A stretch of 46,267 nt of DNA, from contig JAYEHH010000013.1 in NCBI GenBank assembly GCA_034716235.1, positions 1 to 46,267 on the forward strand, read 5' to 3'. The position numbers were made by a program, and so were the translations under genes. The stretch's first letter is position 1. Each line of letters starts with the position of its first letter. The notes beneath the pieces were generated by a model. The model worked only from the letters and a program-made list of their open reading frames with translations. It did not search any database and was not told where the DNA came from. Positions 7,843-17,186 of the stretch are shown here, piece after piece. The stretch comes from Patescibacteria group bacterium (GTDB taxonomy: Bacteria > Patescibacteriota > Minisyncoccia > CAIUEV01 > JAHKAQ01).

Positions 7843-10215
7843 CTATGGGTTTATAAGGCCTAACGCCTTTCTGAGAATAACCAAAGCATCTCCAACTGTA
7901 ATCTGCCCGTCAGGATTTGGCTGACTGCTAGCATCTAACGGAGCCACATCTCCATGGCAGATATCTGTTTGAGTAGGTATCTCTAGCTCTAGGGCAAAGC
8001 GCAAGGCTACCAGAGCGTCTCCTACATTTACTATGCCATCTCTATTACCAAGTGGTGCTACATCCCCATCTCCACATTGGGCTAATGTAGTACAGATTTC
8101 AGGACAATTATCTAGATAACCATTTTGGTTAAAAGCTGTCACTCTATAACAACAAGAATCACCCTCCTGAAGATTCCTGTCTCTATAACTAGTTACATTT
8201 TTATTAAGACTGGCAATCTCTTCCCACTTTCCTCCGTTTTTCATTCTCTCTACTCTGAATTCGTCCTCGTTTGGAGAATTATCTTCCCAACTTAGATTGA
8301 TTTTATTGTTGGAAATTATTTCTGCTACTAATTCTGTGGGTAGCGGAGGGAAAAGGCAGTTATAAAGATTAACTCTGCCTTCTGTGGCGATTATTCCCCT
8401 TAAAGATGAAATTTTATCAACATTATTTTCTATAATATTGATAATTTCCACATTAGTTAGAGAAGGTTTTTGCTTTTTGATGGAGGCCACTATTCCTGCT
8501 ACGTAAGGTGCGGCTATAGATGTTCCATCCTTGAACATATACTCATTTCCTTTATAAAAATCACTGCTGGCAGTAATTTTCAGGTCTTCCAGGTAGTATC
8601 CATCGCGAGTTTCTGTTCCATCCGTGACTAGATAAAAACGAATATAAATATTCTTTTCCCCATCGTATTCTTCTAAATCTATAACTACTGGGAGCCAGTA
8701 CTTTCCAGTATTTCCTGAGATACTATACATAAAACCTACTCCCGGTATAGAAATAAGGCTATCCTTCCAATCCTTCTGATTTTTGGAAGTTTGGACATAA
8801 AGGAAGTCATAACCTCTTTCTATCTCTCCGCCGATGAAAAACTCGAGCTTTGTTGTCTCACAGTTTGTAAGATTTATAACAGGAGTTCTTGCCCACGACT
8901 CTGTATCATTAAAATAGTTTCTTCCTAAGCTATCAGTGAGTGAATAATCTCCACTGATACTTGCTTTATCCGTTGTTGCCCACATATTATGACGGCCCCC
9001 CGTCTTCCAGCCAGCAATATTCCCATCATCGAAATTCTCTAACCAAATTTCTTTTCTAGATGGCCGTGCTCCATAAATATCTACTCCTGGAGCGCTAACA
9101 TCTACTAAATTAAAACTATAGTTAGAAAAAGCAGCTAAAGTGTCTTTTTGGTCTGTAGCTGCTACCGATATAATATTCGGAAGGTCGTAATTAGCCGGGT
9201 AATGAGGGTCAATACTATTATCTCTTCCGTTATTTCCGGCGGCACATACAACCACTGCCGAAGAAGCTTCGATAGCGTCTTTGAATGATTGGCTATATTT
9301 AGAACCTCCTAAACTGAGGTTGATTACAGCTACATTTTTCCGGCTAGCGTATTCGATAGCCGCAACCAGATCTGAAGTGGCACTTAACCCCAAAGAATTG
9401 GCAGTTTTTAAAGACATAATCTTAGTCTTTAAGCAAACTCCTGCCATACCAATAGCATTATTTCTTACTGCCGATAAGATACTACCAATATGAGTTTCAT
9501 GTCCACTACCGTCAATAGGGTTCTTTTTATTATAAAAAAAGTCCCAACCGATGATATCATCTACATAACCGTTTCTATCATTGTCAATGTTATCATCCGG
9601 TATTTCATCTGGATTTATCCAGATATTATTAGATAAATCAGGATGATTGGGGGCAATTCCTGTTCCAATCACTGCGACTACAATATCTTCCTTGTTGCTA
9701 CCATTTTTAGTTAGGATGCTCCATGCTTCTAGAGCATCAAGATCTGCATCCACTACTCCTCTAGTATTATTTACGAGTTGCCCCGTATTGTGTAAGCCCC
9801 ATTGCTTATTAAAGTGGGGGTCATTTGGTAACGCTAGAGTCATATTATGTTCATCGCCATAAATTTCATCGTTGCGATAATAATAATTGGGCTCCGCGTA
9901 CTCAATCCTAGAGTCCTTCTTATAATTTTTCAGGGCTTTCTCAACTTTCACATTTTCTGGTAGCTTAACCAACCAAACACCGGTCCTAAATTTTTTTAGA
10001 GTTCTAGCTCCACTTCTTTGGAGACTCCGCGAAGCATTTTCTCTAAAATCAGAGTTATACTTCACCAAAATTTCTCCAGGGATATAATTAGTAGCACTAG
10101 TGTCAATGCTAGTATTTTTTGGAGCTACAAATGCTCCAAAGCTATTGTTATTAAAAATCGTTTCCATTGCTCCTACCAATACAATTATCATAACTATCAT
10201 GACTAGCTTTTTCAT
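7843..10215 (-). CDS. Secreted subtilisin-like (S8) serine protease with FN3-like domain and C-terminal dockerin repeats
   Basis: Catalytic motifs VAVIGTGI (Asp), GHETHIGS (His) and GTSIAAPYVAG (Ser). Signal peptide present. The tail has two EF-hand-like repeats, GDVAPLGNRDGIVNVGDALVALRFAL and GDVAPL...PDGQITVGDALVILRKAL. The start is moved to ATG 10215, 6 nt after AAGGAGG. Confidence 0.9.
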   Translation of the reverse strand: MKKLVMIVMIIVLVGAMETIFNNNSFGAFVAPKNTSIDTSATNYIPGEILVKYNSDFRENASRSLQRSGARTLKKFRTGVWLVKLPENVKVEKALKNYKKDSRIEYAEPNYYYRNDEIYGDEHNMTLALPNDPHFNKQWGLHNTGQLVNNTRGVVDADLDALEAWSILTKNGSNKEDIVVAVIGTGIAPNHPDLSNNIWINPDEIPDDNIDNDRNGYVDDIIGWDFFYNKKNPIDGSGHETHIGSILSAVRNNAIGMAGVCLKTKIMSLKTANSLGLSATSDLVAAIEYASRKNVAVINLSLGGSKYSQSFKDAIEASSAVVVCAAGNNGRDNSIDPHYPANYDLPNIISVAATDQKDTLAAFSNYSFNLVDVSAPGVDIYGARPSRKEIWLENFDDGNIAGWKTGGRHNMWATTDKASISGDYSLTDSLGRNYFNDTESWARTPVINLTNCETTKLEFFIGGEIERGYDFLYVQTSKNQKDWKDSLISIPGVGFMYSISGNTGKYWLPVVIDLEEYDGEKNIYIRFYLVTDGTETRDGYYLEDLKITASSDFYKGNEYMFKDGTSIAAPYVAGIVASIKKQKPSLTNVEIINIIENNVDKISSLRGIIATEGRVNLYNCLFPPLPTELVAEIISNNKINLSWEDNSPNEDEFRVERMKNGGKWEEIASLNKNVTSYRDRNLQEGDSCCYRVTAFNQNGYLDNCPEICTTLAQCGDGDVAPLGNRDGIVNVGDALVALRFALELEIPTQTDICHGDVAPLDASSQPNPDGQITVGDALVILRKALGLINP

Positions 10216-10303
10216 ACTCAACCTCCTTTAAATTTAGGGTTCATTAAATTGTTAAGGAACAGCTCGAAATAGCGTTCCAGTTTTTTGACTTAGTGGTCAT
10301 GGT

Positions 10304-10332
10304 TTTATATACTATTTTCTTGAATTTGTCAA
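10304..10332 (-). promoter_or_regulatory. Sigma70-like promoter for the S8 protease gene
   Basis: Minus strand reads TTGACA-N17-TATAAA. Confidence 0.5.
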
Positions 10333-10480
10333 TGTTTTTGCAGTAAATTTAAGACAAAGAAAATTAAAGATTTTACTACCTAAAACTCTTGTTATTAAAT
10401 TTGCCAAGCTTTATTTTACAATAAAACAATAAATAGTGTATAGTATAAATGAAGAGTTTTCTTCGCGAAGTTAAAATCAA

Positions 10481-11914
10481 ATGATAAACACCAAGAGAAA
10501 AATTATAAGTTGGTTGATTGTTTTTGTGTTTGTATTCTTTGGAGGATTATTTCAAGTAAATGAAACACAAGCTCGTTGGAATTATGAGAATGTTGGGTTT
10601 TTTGCCGTTGCGTCATCTCAAGCTGGTCTGTCTCCAGTTTATCGATTCTACAATAAAAGAGGCACTGATCATTTTTACACTATTTCAGCCACTGAAAAAG
10701 ACCACATTATTGCTAACAGTCGCCATGATTGGAAATACGAAGGAATCGCTTTTTACGCTTCTAGTACTCCGCGATCATCTTACCATGCCGTTTATCGATT
10801 CTATAATAAAAGAGGCACTGATCATTTTTACACAACTTCTAGCCACGAGAAAGATCATATCATTGCTAACAGCCATCATGATTGGAAGTACGAAGGAATT
10901 GCTTTTTATGTTCCTCAAACAAGCGCTGGTAATGTTTCCACTCATCGATTCTACAACAAGAAAGGCACTGATCATTTTTATACAGTTTCTGAACATGAAA
11001 AAAATGTACTAACAGGAACTACTACCATCGGTAGCCTGGGTCCAGATATGACCGTTGGTATTTTAGGCTACAGTAAATCTTATTCCAAGAGCCATTCTTT
11101 TAGAATTAAGGCGAATAAAGCTTATAAAATTAAAGATAGAAATGGAAATGTAATTGTTGCTGTTGAGGGTGGAGTTACTGCTAGGGTAAAATATGCAGGC
11201 AGTGGTGATGTGCGAGTTTATGGAGATGGTTTTGACCATACTGCCAGCAAGATATTTTATTTTGAGGCAGCGGATGGTAATGACAATGATATGATTTTTA
11301 ATGTTGAACCAAAAACTTTTGATGATTACCGTGGGAAAATCAAAGTGCGTTATTCCGATGAAGATGATGAAGTTTGGGTAATAAATACCTTACCATTGGA
11401 ACAATATGCTTGGGGAATGGGAGAAATTACCGGGACAGGTTCTATGAACTACAATCGAGTTATGGCAACAGTTTTTCGTACTTATGGGTATTGGAAAATA
11501 AAATATAGCACTAAACATGCCAGCAAAGGATTTAAAGTAGATACTACCGCTGGAGATCAGATTTATTATGGTTATGACTGGGAAAAAGATCATTCTAGGA
11601 TTAGGAGAGGGGTGGAAGAAACTCGAGGTAAAATGGTTTATTATGACGGAGATGTAGCCATTACCCCTTATTCTTCCTCTACTGATGGCAGAACTCGTTC
11701 CTGGAAAGAAAGATGGGGTAGTAGCAATTATCCTTACTGCAAATCCGTTAGCGATCCTTATGGTAAAGTGGCCGGAGCTGGTTCTATTGCTGGTAATCAC
11801 ATGGTGGGATTATCTGCTCAGGGAGCGGTTAATCTTGGGAATAATTATGGATGGAGCTACACAAAAATATTGAATTATTATTATACCGGCATTGATATTA
11901 CTCAAGTTTATTAA
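10481..11914 (+). CDS. Secreted SpoIID/LytB-domain protein with three N-terminal RFYN..GTDHFYT repeats
   Basis: Signal peptide. Three repeats of YRFYNKRGTDHFYT.S..EKDHIIANS.HDWKYEGIAFY. The C-terminal LPLEQYAWGMGEI...VFRTYGYWK...GDQIYYGYDWE...ITPYSSSTDGRTRS matches the SpoIID amidase-enhancer domain. Confidence 0.85.
   Translation: MINTKRKIISWLIVFVFVFFGGLFQVNETQARWNYENVGFFAVASSQAGLSPVYRFYNKRGTDHFYTISATEKDHIIANSRHDWKYEGIAFYASSTPRSSYHAVYRFYNKRGTDHFYTTSSHEKDHIIANSHHDWKYEGIAFYVPQTSAGNVSTHRFYNKKGTDHFYTVSEHEKNVLTGTTTIGSLGPDMTVGILGYSKSYSKSHSFRIKANKAYKIKDRNGNVIVAVEGGVTARVKYAGSGDVRVYGDGFDHTASKIFYFEAADGNDNDMIFNVEPKTFDDYRGKIKVRYSDEDDEVWVINTLPLEQYAWGMGEITGTGSMNYNRVMATVFRTYGYWKIKYSTKHASKGFKVDTTAGDQIYYGYDWEKDHSRIRRGVEETRGKMVYYDGDVAITPYSSSTDGRTRSWKERWGSSNYPYCKSVSDPYGKVAGAGSIAGNHMVGLSAQGAVNLGNNYGWSYTKILNYYYTGIDITQVY
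10628..11010 (+). repeat. Three tandem coding repeats of about 145-155 bp
   Basis: The core TATCGATTCTAYAAYAARARAGGCACTGATCATTTTTAYAC recurs at about 10640, 10795 and 10939. It produces the shadow ORFs 10560..11012 and 10775..10996. Confidence 0.8.
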
Positions 11915-11943
11915 GAATAATTAATGCAATTAATTTTGAATTT

Positions 11944-13296
11944 ATGGACAAAACAGATATTTTAGTCGTTGGAGGTGGTCCAGCTGGAGCAACGGCAGCC
12001 ATAACCGCTAAAAAAAGTTATCCTTCAAAAAAAGTAGTTTTAGTTAAAAAAGAGGAAAAGAGTGTTATCCCATGTGGTATTCCTTATATTTTTGACCGAT
12101 TAAAATCGGTAGAGGAAAATTCTACAGCTAACGAATCTTTATCAAAAAATGGAGTGAACCTGTTGATTGATGAAGTGATTAAGATTAAACCGAAAGAAAA
12201 GGAAGTAGTTTTTAAAAATGATAAGGTCCATGGTTATGATAAATTAATTTTAGCTCTTGGATCAAAGCCTCATTTAGTGCCTATCCCAGGGATAGAGAAA
12301 AAAGGTGTTTGGTTAGTTCAAAAAGATTATTCGTATTTAGAAAAGTTTCGGGAAGCAGTTTTAAAAAGTAAAAAAGTAGTGATTATTGGTGGTGGCTTTA
12401 TTGGTGTTGAATTCGCTGAAGAATTAAGTCGAATTAATGGTCTAGAGATAAGTATTGTTGAGATGTTAGATCATTGTTTGACGACAAATTTTGATCCAGA
12501 GTTTTCCAGAGTAGCAGAAGAAAAAATAAAAGCTAAAGGAGTCAAGATTTATACAGGCAGGGCAGTCCAAGAAATAGTGGGAGACGAACAAGCAACAGGA
12601 GTGGTATTGGATGATGGAGAAAAATTATCAGCTGACTTAGTGATTCTTTCTATTGGAGCTCGACCTAATGTTGATCTAGCCAAAGAAACAGGAATTCAAA
12701 TAGAAAAAGAAGGAGCAATGTGGGTTGATGAATATTTAAAAACTAATTTGCCAGATATTTTTGCGGTAGGCGACTGTGCTCAAACTAAGGATTTTATTAC
12801 CGGCAAAAATATTCCAATAATGCTTGCTTCTGTAGCTGCTAGCGAGGCAAGAATTGTTGCTAATAATTTATATCAGTTACAACTTATTAGAGAAAATAAA
12901 GGGACGGTGGGTGTTTTTGCTACCTATATTGACGATTTAGTGTTAGGCGCTGTTGGCTTGACTGAGAAAAGAGCCAAGGAGGAAGCCTTTGATTGTTTAA
13001 TTGGAGAGGCAGAAGCTCCAAATCAACATCCAGCAACTTTAGCTGGAACTGAGAAAATTAAAGTTAAATTAATTTTTGCTAAATCATCCGAAGGCTTACT
13101 CTTGGGAGGAGAAATTATGGGATCAAAAAGTGCCGGTGAGATGTTAAACATATTAGCCATGGCTGTTCAACAGCAAGCTTCAATTTTTGATTTTAATACT
13201 TGGCAAATAGCTACTCATCCTCTTTTAACCTCGGCTCCAACCGTCTATCCAATTATTACGGCGGCTCAAAATGCTTTAGCCAAATTAAGGTCCTAG
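11944..13296 (+). CDS. FAD-dependent pyridine nucleotide-disulfide oxidoreductase (NADH oxidase / CoA-disulfide reductase family)
   Basis: ILVVGGGPAGATAA (FAD), single redox Cys in SVIPCGIPY, VVIIGGGFIGVEFAEE (NAD(P)H), FAVGDCA. Confidence 0.8.
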   Translation: MDKTDILVVGGGPAGATAAITAKKSYPSKKVVLVKKEEKSVIPCGIPYIFDRLKSVEENSTANESLSKNGVNLLIDEVIKIKPKEKEVVFKNDKVHGYDKLILALGSKPHLVPIPGIEKKGVWLVQKDYSYLEKFREAVLKSKKVVIIGGGFIGVEFAEELSRINGLEISIVEMLDHCLTTNFDPEFSRVAEEKIKAKGVKIYTGRAVQEIVGDEQATGVVLDDGEKLSADLVILSIGARPNVDLAKETGIQIEKEGAMWVDEYLKTNLPDIFAVGDCAQTKDFITGKNIPIMLASVAASEARIVANNLYQLQLIRENKGTVGVFATYIDDLVLGAVGLTEKRAKEEAFDCLIGEAEAPNQHPATLAGTEKIKVKLIFAKSSEGLLLGGEIMGSKSAGEMLNILAMAVQQQASIFDFNTWQIATHPLLTSAPTVYPIITAAQNALAKLRS

Positions 13297-13325
13297 CAAA
13301 TAAAGGTTTGATTAAATATTTATTT

Positions 13326-13370
13326 AAAAAGTGGATTTGTTTGGTAAAACAAATCCACTTTTTGTTTTTT
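13326..13370. terminator. Bidirectional rho-independent terminator
   Basis: AAAAAGTGGATTTGTTT-ggta-AAACAAATCCACTTTTTGTTTTTT. Confidence 0.7.
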
Positions 13371-13452
13371 ATAGAATCATATCTATAAATTCCTAAAAAT
13401 TGTCAATTAGAGCACTAAAATAAGCAAGCAATTATTCAGTAGAAATAATATT

Positions 13453-14025
13453 CTACCAATTTTCACCTAAGATTTCAAAATAAGCTTGAGGATGGTCGCA
13501 GGCGGGACATTTTTTAGGAGCTTCTTTCCCCTCGTGGATATAGCCACAGTTTCTGCATCTCCATCTAATTATCTTTTCTTTTTTGAATGTTGATTTTTTT
13601 TCTAAATTTTTCAACAGTCCCAAAAATCTTTTTTCGTGTTGTTTCTCTGCAATGGCGATATTTTTAAACACCTTGGCTATTTCCTTAAAACCTTCCTTGA
13701 TAGCGACTTTGGCAAAGTCTGGATACATACTGGTATGTTCATGATTTTCTCCCTCGGCCGCCGATTTTAAATTGTCTTTTGTTTTTCCGATTTTTCCTGC
13801 AGGGAAAGAATCGGTAATTTCTACGTGACCACCAGTTAAAAATTTAAACAAACGTTCAGCATGCTCTTTCTCATTGTCAGCAGTTTCAGTAAATACACCT
13901 GAAATTTGTTCATAACCTTCTTTCTTTGCAATGGAGGCGAAGTAAGTGTAACGATTTCTAGCTTGAGATTCTCCAGCAAAAGCTTTAAGGAGATTTTTTT
14001 CGGTTTGAGTATTTTTTATTTCCAT
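13453..14025 (-). CDS. rbr: Rubrerythrin
   Basis: Ferritin-like diiron domain (EKNLLKAFAGESQARNRY...EKEHAE...EGENHEHT...EKQHEKRF) plus a C-terminal rubredoxin-like CRNCGY...CPACDHP. Confidence 0.9.
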   Translation of the reverse strand: MEIKNTQTEKNLLKAFAGESQARNRYTYFASIAKKEGYEQISGVFTETADNEKEHAERLFKFLTGGHVEITDSFPAGKIGKTKDNLKSAAEGENHEHTSMYPDFAKVAIKEGFKEIAKVFKNIAIAEKQHEKRFLGLLKNLEKKSTFKKEKIIRWRCRNCGYIHEGKEAPKKCPACDHPQAYFEILGENW

Positions 14026-14066
14026 AATTATTATAGTTAATTTTTAAAACTAGATTTTACCATTAA

Positions 14067-14999
14067 TTAGTGGCAACCACTGTCATGTCTGAGATAAGGA
14101 CTACTGATCTTTGTCTCGTAATTAAGAATCGTGGCTACATTTTTATTCTCAAGACTGGAAAGATCGGAGTTTTTAAAGGAAGGATTTATTTGATACCATG
14201 ACTGTTGATCAAAATAACATTGAAGGTCTTTGTGCACGAAACCTCTTCCATGACGAGCGTAAATTTCATTGCGAGCTACTTTTAACTGCCAAGGAGTTAA
14301 GCCTCTCAACTCAGCCTCTGAAATAATTCTAATATGTGAATCATCAATTATATATTCCCAACCTTCAATCTGATCCCACCAATCCCAATTTTCAACGGGG
14401 GTTGTATTAGTTGGAGGAGTAGAGGAAGTGTCCGTGCTTGTTTTTTGAGGCTTATTTTGGCTGAAAGTCATATTCTCAGAATCATAAGAGATGGTAATTC
14501 TAATTAATCTCTTATTGCCATTATTTTCTGTTTTAATTTCAGCCCGAAAATCTTTTTCTTCAATATTTATCCAACTTCCACTGTTGTCGCTTGCTAGCCC
14601 TTGACTACCAAGGTTCCAATTATTAACGGAAGCTAAACTATTATAATAATCATAAATAACATCAACACCGTCTAAAGTTTCCATTAACATCATTATTTTA
14701 GAAGATTCATCAGAAAGATTATTGCCAGATTCAAAAGATAAATTATGAGGATATCCAAAGAGGTTTTCTAAACTTTTTGTTTTTAAGGTAGCCTCAGCAT
14801 TCTCCGAAGAAACATTAGCAGTATTACCAGAAGTGTTAGGAGAGGTGGAAGCAGTATCGGTTGGAGCTGAAATTATCGGAGCTTTTTCTTTAGAGAAAAA
14901 ATGTCCTACAAAATAAGCACCGACTCCTACAATAATGATTGTTAAAATTACCAAGGTAATAATTAAAGCATTGTTTTGTTTAGATGTGTTGTCTGACAT
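14067..14999 (-). CDS. Membrane-anchored YARHG-domain protein
   Basis: N-terminal TM helix, S/T/N-rich linker, and the C-terminal LKVARNEIYARHGRGF motif. Confidence 0.75.
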   Translation of the reverse strand: MSDNTSKQNNALIITLVILTIIIVGVGAYFVGHFFSKEKAPIISAPTDTASTSPNTSGNTANVSSENAEATLKTKSLENLFGYPHNLSFESGNNLSDESSKIMMLMETLDGVDVIYDYYNSLASVNNWNLGSQGLASDNSGSWINIEEKDFRAEIKTENNGNKRLIRITISYDSENMTFSQNKPQKTSTDTSSTPPTNTTPVENWDWWDQIEGWEYIIDDSHIRIISEAELRGLTPWQLKVARNEIYARHGRGFVHKDLQCYFDQQSWYQINPSFKNSDLSSLENKNVATILNYETKISSPYLRHDSGCH

Positions 15000-15269
15000 A
15001 GTTTTAATTTAATTTATTTAGATTCGTCACCTTGCAAGTAAGAAAATATAAATTCTTCTTTTTATTATTATATCTATAGCAGGCAAGTAAGGCAAATTTA
15101 TAAAATATTTTGCAATGTTTTTAAGGAGGAGGAGGTGGTACTAGTTACAGTTTGAATATTAAATGAATTTTAAAATAGACTCAGAAATAGTCATTTTAAT
15201 TTGCGATTTAGAAGATTGTAAAGTAAAATCTAAACAGAAAGTTACTTATTAAATTTAAAATAAACAATA

Positions 15270-15797
15270 ATGAGCAATCTGACTAAAAAAATACCGGGGG
15301 TATCTTTTATCTTTTTATTCTTGCTGCTCACTTTAAATGGATGTGGTTTTCAGGCTTTTCAAGCTAAACAACAGCCAATGGAAAAATTAAGTTCTTTAGA
15401 AAATAAAATTCAGGAGTCAGCTAATGCGATTAGAACAGGAGTCCCAAACACTACTCTTTTTGAGGATGCAGTGAATCAGAAGGACTATGAAGGTATGGAA
15501 GGATTACTAGCTGATGAAGTCAATTATATTGTAGAAGCTAGCGATTGTTGTGGAAATATAACTAGAGATAAAGCCATTGCTCAACTTAGAGAATATTTAA
15601 GGACCCCAGCTACTTTTAATTTTTCGCAAGAACAACAAATAGTTAAAAAATTAAAAGTGAATATTGCTGATCGATTTGAGAATTATACTGTCGGTATTGC
15701 CAGTGGAAAAGCAGTTCTAGCCTATAAAGTTAATCCAGAAAGGAAAGTGGATGATATTTATGTGGTTGGGACTTACGAGCTTTTTGATATTGAATAA
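15270..15797 (+). CDS. Hypothetical lipoprotein
   Basis: Signal peptide with lipobox LLLTLNGC. No other motif. Confidence 0.6.
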   Translation: MSNLTKKIPGVSFIFLFLLLTLNGCGFQAFQAKQQPMEKLSSLENKIQESANAIRTGVPNTTLFEDAVNQKDYEGMEGLLADEVNYIVEASDCCGNITRDKAIAQLREYLRTPATFNFSQEQQIVKKLKVNIADRFENYTVGIASGKAVLAYKVNPERKVDDIYVVGTYELFDIE

Positions 15798-15941
15798 TTT
15801 TTATTCTAGCAAGGGATAATTAAGGTTTATTATGGTTCCTGCCTGCTCATAGATAGGGCAAGCAAGAATATTGGGGAAGAAATAATTCATAATATTTAAA
15901 ATAATAGCTGTAATTTGGTTTAATTTCTTAAATAAAAAAAA

Positions 15942-17123
15942 ATGGTGTCTAATTCTCAGAAAATTAAAGAAGCAGATCTTGTGGTGGGCATTCCCTCTTT
16001 CAATGAGGCTGATAACATTAGTTTTGTGGCAGAAACTCTTGATAAGGGTTTATTAAAATATTATCAAGGATACAAAGCGGTAATAATAAATGTTGATAAT
16101 GATTCTCCTGATGGTACTAAAGATGTTTTTCTTAACGCTAAAACGAAAACTCCTAAAATATATCTCTCAACTCCTAAGGGGGTGGCTGGAAAAGGAAATA
16201 ATTTTCTTAATCTTTTTGAACAAATTAAGAAATTAAAGCCCCAAGCAGTTATGGTTGTTGACGCTGATCTCAAAAGCATAACTCCAGAGTGGGTAAAAAA
16301 GATGTTAGAGCCAATTTTGAAGAAAGGTTACGAATATGTTACTCCTTGGTATACTCGCAACGAATACGATGGCACAATAACTAATAATATTGCCTATCCT
16401 TTGATATATGGGCTATATGGGATTAGTCTTCGTCAACCAATTGGGGGAGATTTTGCTTTTCATCCAAAACTTATTGATTATTGGCTGGCAAGTAAGTGGC
16501 ATAAAGCTACAAAATATTACGGTGTTGATATTTTTATGACCTTAGAAGCCGTCATCAATAAAAGTAAAATTTGTCAGGTTTGTTTAGGACAAAAAATTCA
16601 TAAACCCAGCGCTCCCAAACTAGGTCCTATGTTCTCTCAAGTGGTAGGGACAATACTCAAAAAAATTTGCTCCTCTAAAGATCAATGGATGCAAGTTGAA
16701 TCGGTCCAGAAGATTCCTATTTTAGAAAATGGAAAGCAAGGAAAACCTCAACCCTTGAGTGTTGACTATAAAAGTATGAAGGTGACTGCCATGTTTGAGT
16801 ATAAAATACATCGAGATATTCTAAAAAGAGCTCTTACCCCTGAGGTTTATCAAAAACTGGATAAAATGTTCAAAAGTGGTAAATTAGCTATCGGTAAAAC
16901 GCTTTGGACTAAAATAATTTATGATGCGGTCTTTAGTTACTGTAATACTAATGTAGGGGCAGGCATTGTGGAGGCCTTAAAACCGTTATATTTTGGTAAA
17001 ACAGCTTTTTTCATTAAAAATACTCTTGATTTAGACCATAAAGAGTCAGAAATGGAAGTGTTAGAGCAAGCGGAAAGATTTTGGGATTTGCGAGGGTATC
17101 TGCTGAGAAAGTACCGAGAGTAA
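15942..17123 (+). CDS. GT-A fold (family 2-like) glycosyltransferase
   Basis: VGIPSFNEADNI...INVDNDSPDGT...VVDADL has the layout of a GT2 nucleotide-sugar binding domain with a DxD motif. Acceptor unknown. Confidence 0.6.
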   Translation: MVSNSQKIKEADLVVGIPSFNEADNISFVAETLDKGLLKYYQGYKAVIINVDNDSPDGTKDVFLNAKTKTPKIYLSTPKGVAGKGNNFLNLFEQIKKLKPQAVMVVDADLKSITPEWVKKMLEPILKKGYEYVTPWYTRNEYDGTITNNIAYPLIYGLYGISLRQPIGGDFAFHPKLIDYWLASKWHKATKYYGVDIFMTLEAVINKSKICQVCLGQKIHKPSAPKLGPMFSQVVGTILKKICSSKDQWMQVESVQKIPILENGKQGKPQPLSVDYKSMKVTAMFEYKIHRDILKRALTPEVYQKLDKMFKSGKLAIGKTLWTKIIYDAVFSYCNTNVGAGIVEALKPLYFGKTAFFIKNTLDLDHKESEMEVLEQAERFWDLRGYLLRKYRE

Positions 17124-17126
17124 AAA

Positions 17127-17183
17127 GTTCATAAAGTTCATAAAGTTCATAAAGTAGAAAGCTTATAAAATTCGTAAAGTTTC
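17127..17183 (+). repeat. Tandem 9-mer array (consensus KTTCRTAAA), locus 1 of 4
   Basis: AGTTCATAA AGTTCATAA AGTTCATAA AGTAGAAAG CTTATAAAA TTCGTAAAG fills the 63-nt spacer between two + strand genes. Confidence 0.9.
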
Positions 17184-17186
17184 CCT

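Noticed and set aside
10560-11012. 150-aa + strand ORF and the 73-aa minus-strand ORF 10775..10996
   Set aside because: They are alternative-frame products of the triplicated coding repeat inside the SpoIID-like gene.
17127-17183. Tandem 9-mer arrays as a CRISPR array or minisatellite-encoded peptide
   Set aside because: The units are 9 bp with no spacers, far too short for CRISPR. No cas genes are present. Three of the four arrays are outside any plausible ORF.
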